Origin: Raja brachyura
Taxonomy: Eukaryota
Assembly: GCA_963514005.1 (NCBI GenBank)
Contig: OY740813.1
Span: forward strand, 13,392,001 to 13,456,000
Reading direction: 5' to 3'
DNA: 64,000 nucleotides
The notes under the pieces are model-generated. The model was not told the DNA's origin and ran no database searches. It was given only the letters and a program-made list of their open reading frames with translations. Positions 41,201 to 53,455 of the stretch are shown here, piece after piece (position 1 is the first letter of the stretch; every line of letters starts with the position of its first letter). The translations under genes were made by a program, and so were the position numbers.

Positions 41201-41948
41201 TGGATTCTCGATCCCATCCTCACCCAGCATTTCCAGTTGAGCGTGTTGGCGTGAACCCGGCTTAATCAGCAGGATACTGACTTCTGAGGCTTCAAGTTGC
41301 AGTTGTACAATCTCGCATCAGCCCTCACTGTCACACAGAGCGAGCACTGTGTTTCTGCAGGTGTTTGGGTGAAAGGCACTCATGGCACTGAAACGACGTT
41401 ACCATCATCAACTCGTTTCCTGGTTAACATATGGACGGAACTGTAAATAAAGCTGAGCAGCCAGCTGCATTTTCATTTGCTGTTTGTGGGTCTTTATTCT
41501 GAACTAACAGTCCCCCACAATGATTCTCTCTCACAACAGCATCAAATAATGTTTAAAGGCTACATTGGCTGTGAGATTTTATCTACAGGTAACATTTTGC
41601 ATTTAATGCTGCAAAAAAACTCCAAGGTTCTCAAACTAAAGCTCCATCAGGAGATATTATTAGGACAGTAGCCCAAAAGCGTCATCGTCAAGAGAGTTTG
41701 CTAAGGAGCTTCTTAAATCCAGACAGAGACAGAGTGGCAGAGAGAATTCCAGAGTTTCTGCAGCAATTAAATCCAGGGAACAAACAGGAAGTAAGAATTG
41801 GAGGAGTGGTGAAATCTGGGAGTTGGAAGATGTAGAGACAAAGGGAAGCGGGAGGGGGGTCATACCCTGAAGGGATTTGGAAAGAGTAATGAGATGTTTT
41901 AATGCTGTTGCATTGCTTAACTGGGAACAAGGGTGGGTCAGTGAGCAC

Positions 41949-41972
41949 GGGGGGGGGGGGGGGGGGGGGGGG
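41949..41972 (+). repeat. Poly-G tract (24 nt)
   Basis: Seen directly. Confidence 0.9.
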
Positions 41973-42292
41973 TGAGACCTTTTAAACTAAATCTCTTATT
42001 AATCATCTTTGCTCTATACAACCTAATATTCCAGACTTCAATTAAACATCAGATTTAAATCCTGTAATTGAATAAACGGCTATTAACTCAGTTAATAGAA
42101 AGGGGAGGGAGGAAGAGTCACAGCCAGGTATGTACAATAGGCATAGTTAGTAAAACGAGTGCTTCTTGCTTGGTATGATTGAATAAAATGAATGGACTTA
42201 TTTCTCTGCAACTCAATTCCATACCCTACATCTAGGCTGTAAGAGAAATTACTTCCGCTTTTTCCGAACACTCTTATGAATTTTAAAAGATA

Positions 42293-42860
42293 CTAGACTA
42301 AGTGTCACACGGGAGGCCTGGTCCCCCAATGCAATATTCCACCACTCACCCATTCCCCCAACGCAACACATTCCCCCAACGCAATATTCCACCACTCACT
42401 CGTATACCCCTCCCATCAAATCTACCCGTCCCTGTCCCCCTCTCCCTTCTACCCCCCTCCCTACCCCCCTGCATTCCACAACCCCTCTACCCCACTCCCT
42501 CCCACTCTTTCGCCCCTCCCGCCCTCTACCCCCTCATCCCTCTATCCCCCCTCATCCCTCTCTTCCCCCTCATCCCTCTGTCCCCTCTCTTTCTCCCCCT
42601 CCCCCCCCATGCTGTGGGCCGGGCTACAGCGCTCCCTCTCTCCATGTAATGCTGCTGTGCATTAGGGCCGCTCCCGATGTCCGCGCCCACGGGCAGGTGC
42701 CGCTGGAGCGCTGCCCGTCCCGAGACCCGCGGGGTCCATCACCTGCAGGTAGACAGCGGGGCTCAGTGCTGTCCCTCCTCCCCATTCTCCATCTACCATC
42801 CCATCGCACTCCTCCCCATTTCCCTCATCCTCCTCCCCTCACTCCAGATCCTCGCAAACT
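42293..42860. repeat. C-rich unclassified element with internal tandem repeats
   Basis: Starts actagactaagtg; repeated cccccaacgcaatattccaccactcac; polypyrimidine ccccctcatccctct units; CpG-rich segment at 42610-42765. Confidence 0.55.
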
Positions 42861-45196
42861 GGAAGAGCACAGAGCAGAGTTTTAGTTGTGTATAGAAATT
42901 CTTTTAAATGACAATTTTTTTCTCCTCTGAAGATTACACACGGCATTTTTATTTCCATTAAATTTGGTACTGGCTGCCCCCAACACAGCTTGGTTTCTGT
43001 AGTTTAGTGTCACTTTCCTCATTGAACTGCCTTAGCAGGAACTGATGCATACACCATCTGACTATGATAAGCCAAATTTGGGACAGATGCCAGCAGGAAC
43101 GTGATCAACAGCTGAAGTTCATTGCCGGGAAATCTGGTCAGGACCAGAACACTGATCTCATTCGAGAAACAGCTCAATGCTATATCAGGGCAAGAGTAGA
43201 GTTGGCATTCTGGACGAATGAAATAAAATTGACTGACAACCCTGCTTCATCCAAACATCTTGTATGGTTTCAGCCAAGTGAGACAATGGAAAATGCTCCG
43301 TCTTTCTGCAATTATTTTTCTTGAACCCTGGACAAGTGGTGACGTGATTCACAAAATCTCAGCTCCACATCAGAGTCAAGTAATGAGTATGTATAGCTGG
43401 TTGTAAAACTGTCCCACACTTCATCGTCAAATTCTGTCAGGTGGTGATGGCGACAAAGTTAGAGCTGAATGATCATGAAGGTTTACAGCACAGGGTGGCC
43501 ACTTACACTCTTGCGACTGCTTTTTCAACGAGGTTGGTGACACATCCCTTTTTTGCATCCATGTCTGTCTGTTCCTCATACTCTGCTTCTACTTTTCCCG
43601 TCAAAATTAATTGCCAAGTTGTTCGTTGTTGGGAGAAGGTTAAATGGTAAATGGTTCCCTCTTCAATCACCAGGCATTGCTCATACCATGTCATTGAGGA
43701 CACGGCCAAAAATGGATGTCCCAGAGAGAGAAAGGGTTTTTTTCCACTTCATGGCATCACGCAGCAAGTACTGACTCGGCTGCTCACTGCACATTCCATT
43801 CCATTTTGCATTCAGCAGACAGAACATAAGCTACATCAGCAGGAGTGGGCCAGTCAGCTCCTCGCACCTGCTCTGCCAATCAATAATATCGTCACTGATC
43901 TTTTGAGTCAGTGACACTTTCTTGCATGAACCCATACTCTTTGATATCCTCAATGTCCCAAAATCTATCGATCTTTTGGTTTACTTACTCAGCAGATGAG
44001 CCTCCACAGTCTACTTGAGAGGAGAAATTCCCAACCCCTTAAGTGAACAAACTTCTTTGTGAGTTCAGAATGACCAACCCGATTTAAAGACTGTGTTCTA
44101 GATACCCCAAGTCAGGTAAGCAGCATTCCGCATCTACCCTGTCAAACTTAAGAAGAATTTTATATGTTTCAACGAGATCACCTCTTGAAAATCTTCCTCG
44201 TACAACAAACCCATGATATCAGGAATCCGTTTGATGAAGTATAACAGGAGAATGAATCAATACCACCCACTTAACATTGGCAATGATACACAAAATCATC
44301 CGCTAAACTTGGTTTGTTCCTTGCAATAATGTCTAATACAGGCAAGATCAGTGACACATAATCACAGGAGCCTCGATTATGTGCAACATCCTATTTCTGT
44401 GCACCTTATGAATCCACTTACTAATTGCCCTTAACTCATTTAAACGATGCAACATGTCCAAGTATTATAGATGGAAAGGGAAAATGTATTCTTTGGTTGG
44501 TTCCCTTTGAACCCGCAGGGAACCCCTGATGGGTTAATTTGCTTACTCAGCAGAATTAGAGTTGAGTTGACCCCATACTTCCCAGCAAGGAATGGCTTCT
44601 GCTATCGTGTCCATTCAAATGTTCCTATCAGGTTATCGCCAGCATTATATCACCAGTTCAGCATTTTCCTGTGGAGAGAATCTGTTGAATCTGACAACGG
44701 GTCCCGGCCTGAAACATTGTCCATTTCCTTCCACAGGTACCGCTGGCCTGCTGAGCTCATTCTACTGCTCCACTGCAGTATCTCCTCAAGGTATGCCTAC
44801 TTTGATGAAGTTTTCCTCCTCTCCCTCACAAAGGTTCTGTGAGACCATCTTTCACAACACCCCCTCTCTGCACGTCCATCTTTATCCCCCTACAACAGTC
44901 TGAAGAAGGGTCCCGACCCGAAACATCGCCTATCCATGTTGCCTGAGATGCTGAGTTACTCCAGCACCCTGTACCTTTTTTGTTAAACGAGCACCTGCAA
45001 TGCTTTGTGTCTCCTCCAGCATTTTGCTCTGGTAATGTTAGGCTTAGTCCTGTTCAGAAGATCAGTTTGTTGTTGTCTCTCATCCAACTGATATTCTGGT
45101 CTTTATTACCATCGTGATTGTGCACAACAATTACTACTGTATTTCTTACATTACAATAGTTACCATACTTCAAAACACTCAGAAAGCTCTAAAGTG

Positions 45197-45290
45197 GGTT
45201 ACACAAAAAGCTGGAGAAACTCAGCGGGTGCAGCAGCATCTAAGGAGTGAAGGAGATAGGCGACGTTTCGGGTCGAGACCCTTCTTCAGA
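45197..45290 (-). mobile_element. Penelope-type element, single arm, 10-bp TSD
   Basis: TSD ctctaaagtg (45187-45196, 45291-45300); hammerhead-like core on the minus strand. Confidence 0.8.
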
Positions 45291-45379
45291 CTCTAAAGTG
45301 CCCAGGGCTCTTCTGAGATCATTGTATTTTTATATAAACTGTGCACGTTCTAACTGAACTCAATGTCATTGGTCTAAAT

Positions 45380-45563
45380 GTAATACAAATTAACTGCAGA
45401 TGCTGGTTTATATCAAAGATAGACACAAAATTCTGGAACAACTCAATGGGTCAGCAGCATCTCTGAAGAATATGGATAGGTGATGTTTCAAGTCGGGACC
45501 CTTCTCCAGACTATCATCTAGAGATGCTGCCTGACCCGCTGTGCTGCTCCAGCATCTTGCATC
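45380..45563. mobile_element. Penelope-type foldback element, older subfamily
   Basis: Inverted arms; flanking repeat tgtcattggt(c/a)taaat starting at 45364 and 45564. Confidence 0.7.
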
Positions 45564-45974
45564 TGTCATTGGTATAAATATGAGTTTACTTGGGGATTGG
45601 GAGGAACAGGAATGATAAATTAACCTTCATGCCAAAATGACCCGTTGCCTCTGCAGACTCAGCGTGTGATGAATGCAAGCGGGCCAGGCTCGGTAGTTAT
45701 GCACTTTCACAGAAGTTCCCAACTTTAACGGCGAAAGAAATAAAGCCAAATGAAGGCTGAGGGAGCAGGTGGTCGGCAGGGGAGGATGGAGGGGGCTCTG
45801 TTGTTTTCCTCAAACAGCAGGCACAAGCAGCAACCCCACCCATCAGCGGGGTTTCCTGTGAAACTATTTCATTTTGCACTCGCTGAGATTTCCAGCTAAT
45901 GAGCAACAATTAGCAATTTCAAGTGAAACCCAAGTGCTTGCAGCAATTCTTAATTACTTAACACTGCTAATAGG

Positions 45975-46053
45975 CACGAGCGGCGCCCCAGGATTGTGAG
46001 ATGTACAAAATCTTTGCGTGACGTGCAAATAACCCCCAAGTGGGACAGGCCCT
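45975..46053. mobile_element. Solo right end of the same MITE family
   Basis: Ends caagtgggacaggccct and contains acaaaatctttgc as in copy 4; no left TIR found. Confidence 0.55.
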
Positions 46054-46318
46054 TCACAGCGCCAAGTTCGATCTGATTAAGGCTGCTGTGTGTATAGAGT
46101 TTGTATGTTCTCCCCGTGACCTGCGTGGGTTTTCTCAGGGAGCTCTGGTTTCCTCCCACATTCCAAAGCCGTACAGGTTTGTAGGTTAATTGGCTTGGTA
46201 TAATTGTAAATGGTCCCTAGTGTGTGTAGTATAGTGTTGGTGAGCGGAGATCACTGCTCAGCACTGACTAGGTGGGCCGAAGGGCCTGTTTCTGCGCTGT
46301 ATTTCTAAACTGAACTAG
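46053..46318 (+). mobile_element. HE1/V-SINE-like SINE
   Basis: Core gagtttgtatgttctccccgtgacctgcgtggg and tail gggccgaagggcctgtttctgcgctgta. Other copies at about 5290-5445 (-), 12725-13005, 19995-20175, 33185-33525 and 36308-36705. Confidence 0.78.
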
Positions 46319-46430
46319 AGACAGTATTATTTTTGAGATGGTCCTGTTAAGGTCTATCCGTACATTGACATCCTGAAAGTAGGGCCCATGATTGACAGTA
46401 CATGCATGCATTCCAACCACTACTTATATT

Positions 46431-46512
46431 CTCGACCCGAAACGTCGCCGATCTCCTTCGCTCCTTAGATGCTGCTGCACCCGCTGAGTTTCTCCAGCTT
46501 TTTGTGTAACCC
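46431..46512 (+). mobile_element. Penelope-type element, single arm, 9-bp TSD
   Basis: TSD acttatatt (46422-46430, 46513-46521); nearly identical to the 26572, 37309 and 50689 copies. Confidence 0.78.
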
Positions 46513-48427
46513 ACTTATATTTAAAACATCTCCAACATAACCAAATATCCCAAAGACCTCACCTGGAGCAACATCATACAATGTTTGACTCAGAGACATA
46601 TATTTTATGACTGCAGACCAAGATGGCAAGATCCTCTTGAAGGAGACAATAAGCCATTGGGCCTTAATGACAAAACCTGTGAGCCTATGGCAGGACAACA
46701 GGGGTGTGTTGATCATAAGATCAGAATTAAACAAATCCTGGTTTTGATTAAGAGATACCAGGTTTTATTTTAAACCAGTGGGTTTTTTTTTGGATCCCAT
46801 CTTGTTGTTCCATCTGTTCTTAATCACAGTTTGCAATTCATGCAGAAATTATGTTTTTGTTATTTGAGAACTTTTTTGAACCAATGGTGCAAAAAAATAT
46901 ATTCCATAATTCTCATTTTTAATCACCGTTTGCCAATCATGATGCGAAATGTCAGGCATTGTACAAGTTTTATGTATGGGCTGTCAGCATTTACTGTCCT
47001 CCCCAAATTCTTTCTCCAGCTGGGATACAGATGATTTTTTCTTTAACTTTTAAAAAAATGATCAGGACCTCCTTCCCCAAAGGACTTAGTGAACCAGATG
47101 AAGTTTTTTTTTTAAAGCAGATCTCATGGTCCTTATACAGATGTAAACTTTTCACTTCTTGGGGATGCATTACCAAGTGCCTTTCTTATTCAGTGGCATC
47201 AATTTCCAAGCCAACATTTCCTTTCCATTTGTCCAATCTTTCAGAACTTGTTGGTTAGCAGTTTGTCAGACATTGGCCACTGCATATCGTACACTGCACA
47301 TCTCATCTGTTTGAGATGCGCTCTGAACCTCCACCGATCCACTGATTCTGGAGGCATCATTGATGGGGCACAGGATCTGCCGCATAGTTCACACTGAGCC
47401 GAGCCATTTGTTATTCTAGCACGCAAAAAGTGCAAAGTGCAACAGCTGATACATTCCTGTTGCCAATATTTTGTGGTTGAGTCAACGTTGATGTGAGTCA
47501 ACACTGCAAGCACAAATTTCAATGATCCATTATTCTATTTCAATATTTATGACATTAAACACTCTTGACGGATGCAACTTTGCTTTGATTCATTGATATC
47601 CATCTTCTCTCCAGGTACAAATGGCCGCTGCTCATGGGTCATTCATCTCCACTTTGACAGGATGGTTTCAGACTCGCTGGGGGTCTGCACCTCCTTTGCA
47701 CCTGGGCTAGCCTGGGTCCACAATGTCAGTTTAGTTGCCAACAACCCATACATGGAATAGGCTGTATTTGTTTACCTGGCACCAGACAGCAGATCTAAGG
47801 ACACCTGTCCTTAGACAGTGAAAGTCCAATGCTATTTTGCTGAGTTCACAGGAGGGCTTACAAATTGTAGATCTTTCATTGCCAAGAGCATCACTTTAGA
47901 GCTACTTTGCTTCCAAAATGAGGAGAGTCCTTAGCCAAGGCAATGACTGGTGTCATCCACTAGACTCGGAATACATGGGCTCCTATGTAACCCGTGTGGA
48001 ACTTGCTTGGGAAAGATAAAGAGGAAAAGAACCATGCCAGCAATGTTAATCTGCATTGGTTTCGTGATGTTTAAACAAGGAGCTTGTATGCTGTGGGCAT
48101 AGAAACAGCATCATTGCATTTTACCACCCAGGCAACAATTCCTCAACATTAATCAATGCGATTTCTCCATCTCTCCCATCACGTTGGCTTGACCTTACCA
48201 TGTGCACAGATGCGCAACTCCATCCAAACTTGCTTCATTCATCTGGATACAACTTTTAATTAATTATTGCCCATATCATACATGCTCTGCTTTGTTCTAG
48301 CAATGTCTTACCTAGTTTCCTGTCCTCTAGTGACATGGACCTTGATCTTGCCCAGGATCCCCTATAATGATATTCCCATATGGTAACAAGACTGAGCTAA
48401 CGCTTCCTTGCCTTGACTGTACAGGAT

Positions 48428-48901
48428 ATAGAAACATAGAAACATAGAAATTAGGTGCAGGAGTAGGCCATTCGGCCCTTCGAGCCTGCACCACCATTCA
48501 ATATGATCATGGCTGATCATCCAACTCAGTATCGCGTACCTGCCTTCTCTCCATACCCTCTGATCCCCTTAGCCACAAGGGCCACATCTAACTCCCTCTT
48601 AAATATAGCCAATGAACTGGCCTCAACTACCCTCTGTGGCAGAGAGTTCCAGAGACCCACCACTCTCTGTGTGAAAAAAGTCCTTCTCATCTCGGTCCTA
48701 TAGGATTTCCCCCTTATCCTTAAGCTGTGACCCCTTGTCCTGGACCTCCCCAACATCGGGAACAATCTTCCTGCATTTAGCCTGTCCAACCCCTTAAGAA
48801 TTTTGTAAGTTTCTATAAGATCCCCTCTCAATCTTATAGAGACTTACAAAATTCTTAAGGAGTTGGACAGGCTAGATGCAGGAAGATTGTTCCCGATGTT
48901 G
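48428..48901 (-). mobile_element. CR1-type (HER1-like) LINE 3' fragment with inverted duplication at its 5' junction
   Basis: LRGDLIETYKILKGLDRLNAGRLFPM...FFTQRVVGLWNSLP is the CR1 ORF2 C-terminus; (TTTCTATG)n tail; 48831-48901 is the inverse of 48751-48821. Confidence 0.9.
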
Positions 48902-50224
48902 TGCTCCACTCCACAAATGATGTAACTCAGCTTTCCACATCTTCTGTATTACTGACCTTTAAAGGGATTTGCAAACACAAATGCAGAGCGTATATTTTGT
49001 TAACCACAAAATATTACATTCATTCGGCACCTTGTGAACTTCCCGCAATCAAAGCATCTAATTAGCATCTCTGCTCCCAGCAACTATTATTAACCCTTTC
49101 AAATCCCTCAAAACTGACACTAGATAATAGGTGCAAGAGTAGGCCATTCGGCCATATGAGCCAGCACCGCCATTCAATGTGATCATGGCTGATCATCCAC
49201 AATCAGTACCCCGTTCCTGCCTTCTCCCCATATCCCTTGACTCCGCTATCTTTAAGAGCTCTGTCTAGCTCTCTCTTGAAAGCATCCAAAGTACCAGCCT
49301 CCACCGCCCTATGAGGCAGAAAATTCCACAGACTCACAACTCTCTGTGTGAAAACGTTTTTCCTCATCTCCGTTCTAAATCGCCGACCCCTTATTCTTAA
49401 ACTGTGACCCCTGGTTCTGGACTCGCAGCTGCAATCAATGCATGGTTTTCCGATGAGGATTTCTGGAGTTTCTAAAGTCTTTCACACAGAGATATCCTCT
49501 GGTGCAGTGAGATAGATAGTGAGGAAAATATGGCAGACGCTGCCCTACTGAATGGTTAAGGAAAGCTGTGTTGACATGTTTAAGGGAAAGCTAGGAATGC
49601 TGGCAAAGAATGCATTCGGATGGCCATTTCCCACCTCTTACAGAATATCCAAAAACATTTTTACTGTCAACGAAGTGCCTTTGAAGTGTATTCACTGCTG
49701 TAATATTGCAATTGCAACAGATGATCTGTACTGCAATACAACAATGGCTGAATAATACTAATTTTAAAAAAATAATCATCTTTTTCTGGATAGGCTGGAA
49801 CATTTTTCCCCCAGAGCGTAAGAGGCTGAGAATGTCCTTATTGAAGTATACAAGCTCATGAGGGGTATGGGTAAAGTGATCACTTCAGTCTCTTTCACCA
49901 TAGGGCAGAGGTTTTAGTTGAGAGATATAAGAGAGACCAGAGAGACAGCTTTTTCCACTCAGAGAGTAACCCATATCTGGAATGAACTGCCAGAGGAAGC
50001 CACAGAACCAGATACAAGGATGACTTTCAGAAGATATTGCGACAGTTATATGGATAGGAAGGAAATTAGAGGGATGGGTCAAATGCAGCAAATTGGACCA
50101 GCCTAGAATGCCTACGTGGTCGGCATGGATACATTGGGCCGAAGGGCCTGTTTCCAAGTTGCACTGCTCTGTGATTCCAAGTGTTGAATAAAGGGTAAAT
50201 AAAAGCCAGGAAATTATATGTGTA

Positions 50225-50466
50225 GCAACAAACTGCAGATGCTAGTTTACACCGAAGATAGACACTAAATGCTGGAGTAAATCAGACAACATCTCTGGAT
50301 AGAAGGGATGGATGACGTTTTGGGTCGAGACCCTTCTTCCATATCTCTCGTTTCCCCTCTCCCCTGACTCTCAGTCTGAAGAAGGGCGTCAATCCGAAAC
50401 GTCACCCATTCCTTCTATCCAGAGATGCTGCCTGTCCCGCTGAATTATACCAGCCTTTGTGTCTAT
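50225..50466. mobile_element. Penelope-type foldback element
   Basis: Inverted arms separated by a spacer; ctgaagaaggg...gaaacgtc on the + strand. Confidence 0.72.
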
Positions 50467-50688
50467 TCATGAAAATGATGTTCTCTTCTCTGATATAATG
50501 AAGATTGGTCTTGCATGGCTGAGAGAGCAGACAGGGCATTAATCTAACATTTCATCAGAGACACACCTGCAACTGTGCACAGTGCCCTTCATACTGCAAT
50601 GCTTAGAGTTATTTTGAATAAAAATATACTTGCCAGGTCATTTCGAAGCGCATGCAAGAATCAAGATAGATCAGTCAGGTACAGATTT

Positions 50689-50815
50689 CTGAAGAAGGGT
50701 CTCGACCCGAAACGTCGCCTATCTCCTTCGCTCCTTAGATGCTGCTGCACCCGCTGAGTTTCTCCAGCTTTTTGTGTAACCCTCGATTCTCCAGCATCTG
50801 CAGTTCCTTCTTTAA
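50689..50815 (+). mobile_element. Penelope-type element, single arm, 11-bp TSD, intact hammerhead-like core
   Basis: TSD tacagatttct (50680-50690, 50816-50826); core ctgaaga-a-gggt ctcg accc-gaaa-cgtc at 50689-50716. Confidence 0.8.
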
Positions 50816-51319
50816 TACAGATTTCTCTTCCTGATTAAACTAATTACCCACTCGCTGTAATGAATTTGAACTCTTATCCCTTGATTACTAGACTGGGCAT
50901 CTGGATTATTTGCATGGGGATAAATGAAGCAAGGTGTGAATAGCTCACATGCAGTTTAAACACCAGCATCAACTGAATCCAATGATTCATTTGTCACATG
51001 TACTGTGAAATGTTTTGTTTTGGGTACAACCTGGTAAAATCATGTAGCAGACCTCGCCTAGGCAGTACAAAAGTGTCACAATCTTTTGGTGCCAACAAAG
51101 TTACACAAACGTTCACCGAACCATCCCATCTACTGCCTGCCGCCTCACGTGGGAGCAGGTCTCCCGACCCCCGATACGAGCCTCCCCCCCCCACTCCACG
51201 ATGCCCCCCCCCCCCCAACCGTCGGTTCCCCCTGTGCTCTCGACCTGCAGGTGGCCTGTTTGGAAGTTTTAAGCTGAAGCACAAAGGTTAATATGTTAAT
51301 AAGGTTAATAAGGTTGTTC

Positions 51320-52215
51320 ATGGTACCAACACCATCATCAAGTATGCAGATGACACGACTGTGATTGGCCTCATCAGCGACAACGATGAATCGGCCTACA
51401 GGGAGGAGGTTCAGCTCCTAACAGCATGGTGTGCCGACAATAACCTGGCCCTCAACTCCAAGAAGACCAAGGAGCTCGTTGTGGACTTCAGGAGATCGAG
51501 AGGCTGGACGCACACTCCCCCCCATCCATATCAACGGGACGGAGGTGGAACGTGTCTCCAGCTTTAGGTTCCTAGGGGTCAACATCTCCGATGACCTCTC
51601 CTAGACCCACAACACATCCTCGCTGATCAAGAAGGCTCACCAGCGTCTCTTCTTCCTGAGGAGACTTAAGAAGGTCCACCTGTCTCCCCAGATTCTGGTG
51701 AACTTCTACCGCTGCACCATCGAGAGCATCCTTACCAACTGCATTACAGTACGGTATGGTAACTGCTCTGTCACCGACCGGAGGCTCTGCAGAGGGTGTT
51801 GAAGATCGCCCAACGCATCACAGGCTCCTCACTCCCCCCCATTGAGTCTGTCCATAGTAAACGATGCCTGCACAGGGCGCACAGCATCGCCAGGGACAGC
51901 TCACACCCCAACCATAGACTGTTTACCCTCCTCACATCCGGGAGACGCTACAGGTCCCTCCGCTGCCGTACCAGCAGGCTCAAGAACAGCTTCTTCCCTG
52001 CGGCTGTCACACATCTCAACGCTGCACCTCAATGACTGCCTGTCTCCACACCTCCCCCCCACCCCCCCGGACACTGTATATGTATAGACGTATATTAACT
52101 CATACTACTGCGCAATTAGTTGTTCATTCGTAAGTTCGCCCTTCGGAGATACCAACTGCATTTCGTTGTCTCTGTATTGTACATTGCACAATGACAATAA
52201 AGATTGAATTGAATT
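51320..52215 (+). mobile_element. Rex1/Babar-type LINE, 5'-truncated (RT C-terminal half plus 3' UTR)
   Basis: IIKYADDTTVIGLISDNDESAYREEV...LNSKKTKELVVDFRR with YADD at 51343-51354; stops and frameshifts; ends aataaa-gattgaattgaatt. Confidence 0.88.
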
Positions 52216-53455
52216 AATACTCAGTAACGCATGTATATTTACTCTGGTTTACTGGAACTCTTAAATAAATATTACAAGGATGTAAAGGATGGAGCAAGTA
52301 CAAGCACGTCCGGGTCACAGGGGTTATTGGCAAGATAGTGGACAACCATGCTGCACCCTTAAGTAGCTCTGAAATAATTATATAATGTAACTCGCCAGGA
52401 CAACGCACAATGTGACGAGAAGCGCTTTCATTAAAGAAAGACAAGCTGGTGTCAAACAATATAACACAGTCCTCGACTATGGTTAGGGTATCAGTGTGGT
52501 CTAGGTTGGAAAGGTTTATTCAAAAGGAAGATGTTCAAAACTGCTGCAAGCTGGTCAAAGAGATTAGCTGTTACTCGCTGCAATTATAAGTGAGTTGATT
52601 GCCGGGCCAGGCCAGATACTCTGCCCCGTCTGTCTATCACCCCCTGCCTTCATTCCAAGTGTTTTCCTGCAAGTGAAAGACATCAGTGTCCTGCTCATGA
52701 GGCAGCCAATCAGTTTGTCTAATTGTAGGCTGCAGCTGGGACCCATGGATTGTGGGCCAAGAGCCTCTCATCAATGTACAAAGCCAGTGATGTCTGCAAG
52801 CAATGCTGGCAGGGCCTACAATGCTGCTGCCTCTGCCATCAAGAAAGACATCTGGCATGTCCACGTGTTCTCCAGTATGAGGGAAGAGCAGTTGGATGTG
52901 TTCATCTACACAATCGGCATTCTGGAAATATTCGGTTATTTTACCAGGTTGGTCCTTGGGCAAAAGCCACCAAGTCATGCAGCACAAAACAGGCCCTTTA
53001 GCCCACCTCGTCCATCACAGGTACAGGCCCTTTGGCCTAACTCCTTTATTCTCACCAATATGCCCCATCTTTGCCAATCTTTTGCCCATATCTTCACTCT
53101 CCGGTTCCTAATCTTATGTTTTTTCTCGACTAGAACCAGCCATCGTTCAGTTATTTCTCCCTCTGTAGTTCCTCTAATTTCCTTTAAAATCACCAGTGAT
53201 GGCACCATCAGATAACACAAAAAATAATAAACAATTGGAGGGGAGTTTGGGTGTCCTGGCAAAGCCCAAACGTATCCAGACGTGTGGAAACAAGGAACTG
53301 CAGATGCTAGTTTACAAAAAAAGACACAGAGTGCTGGAGTAATTCAGCGGGTCAGGCATTTCTGGAGAAAACGGATGGGTGACATTTCGGGTCAGGACCC
53401 TTCCTCTGACTGAGCCTATTAGACTATACAAACTGTTCAGACTAGTGGAACCTTA

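Noticed and set aside
41395-41412. ATG ATG GTA on the minus strand, resembling the short MMVDCQ-type RALGDS first exon
   Set aside because: Following codons differ and no donor follows the Gln codon; likely chance.
42302-42649. Proline-rich 115-aa ORF
   Set aside because: Product of a low-complexity C-rich repeat.
26572-50826. Recurrent near-identical repeats as a possible CRISPR-like array
   Set aside because: Dispersed over kilobases in both orientations with individual TSDs; eukaryotic retroelement pattern, no regular spacers or cas genes.
52595-53215. Longest ORF in the track (206 aa, +)
   Set aside because: Non-ATG start, no recognisable domain, and the 3' third runs antisense through a decayed CR1/SINE tail.
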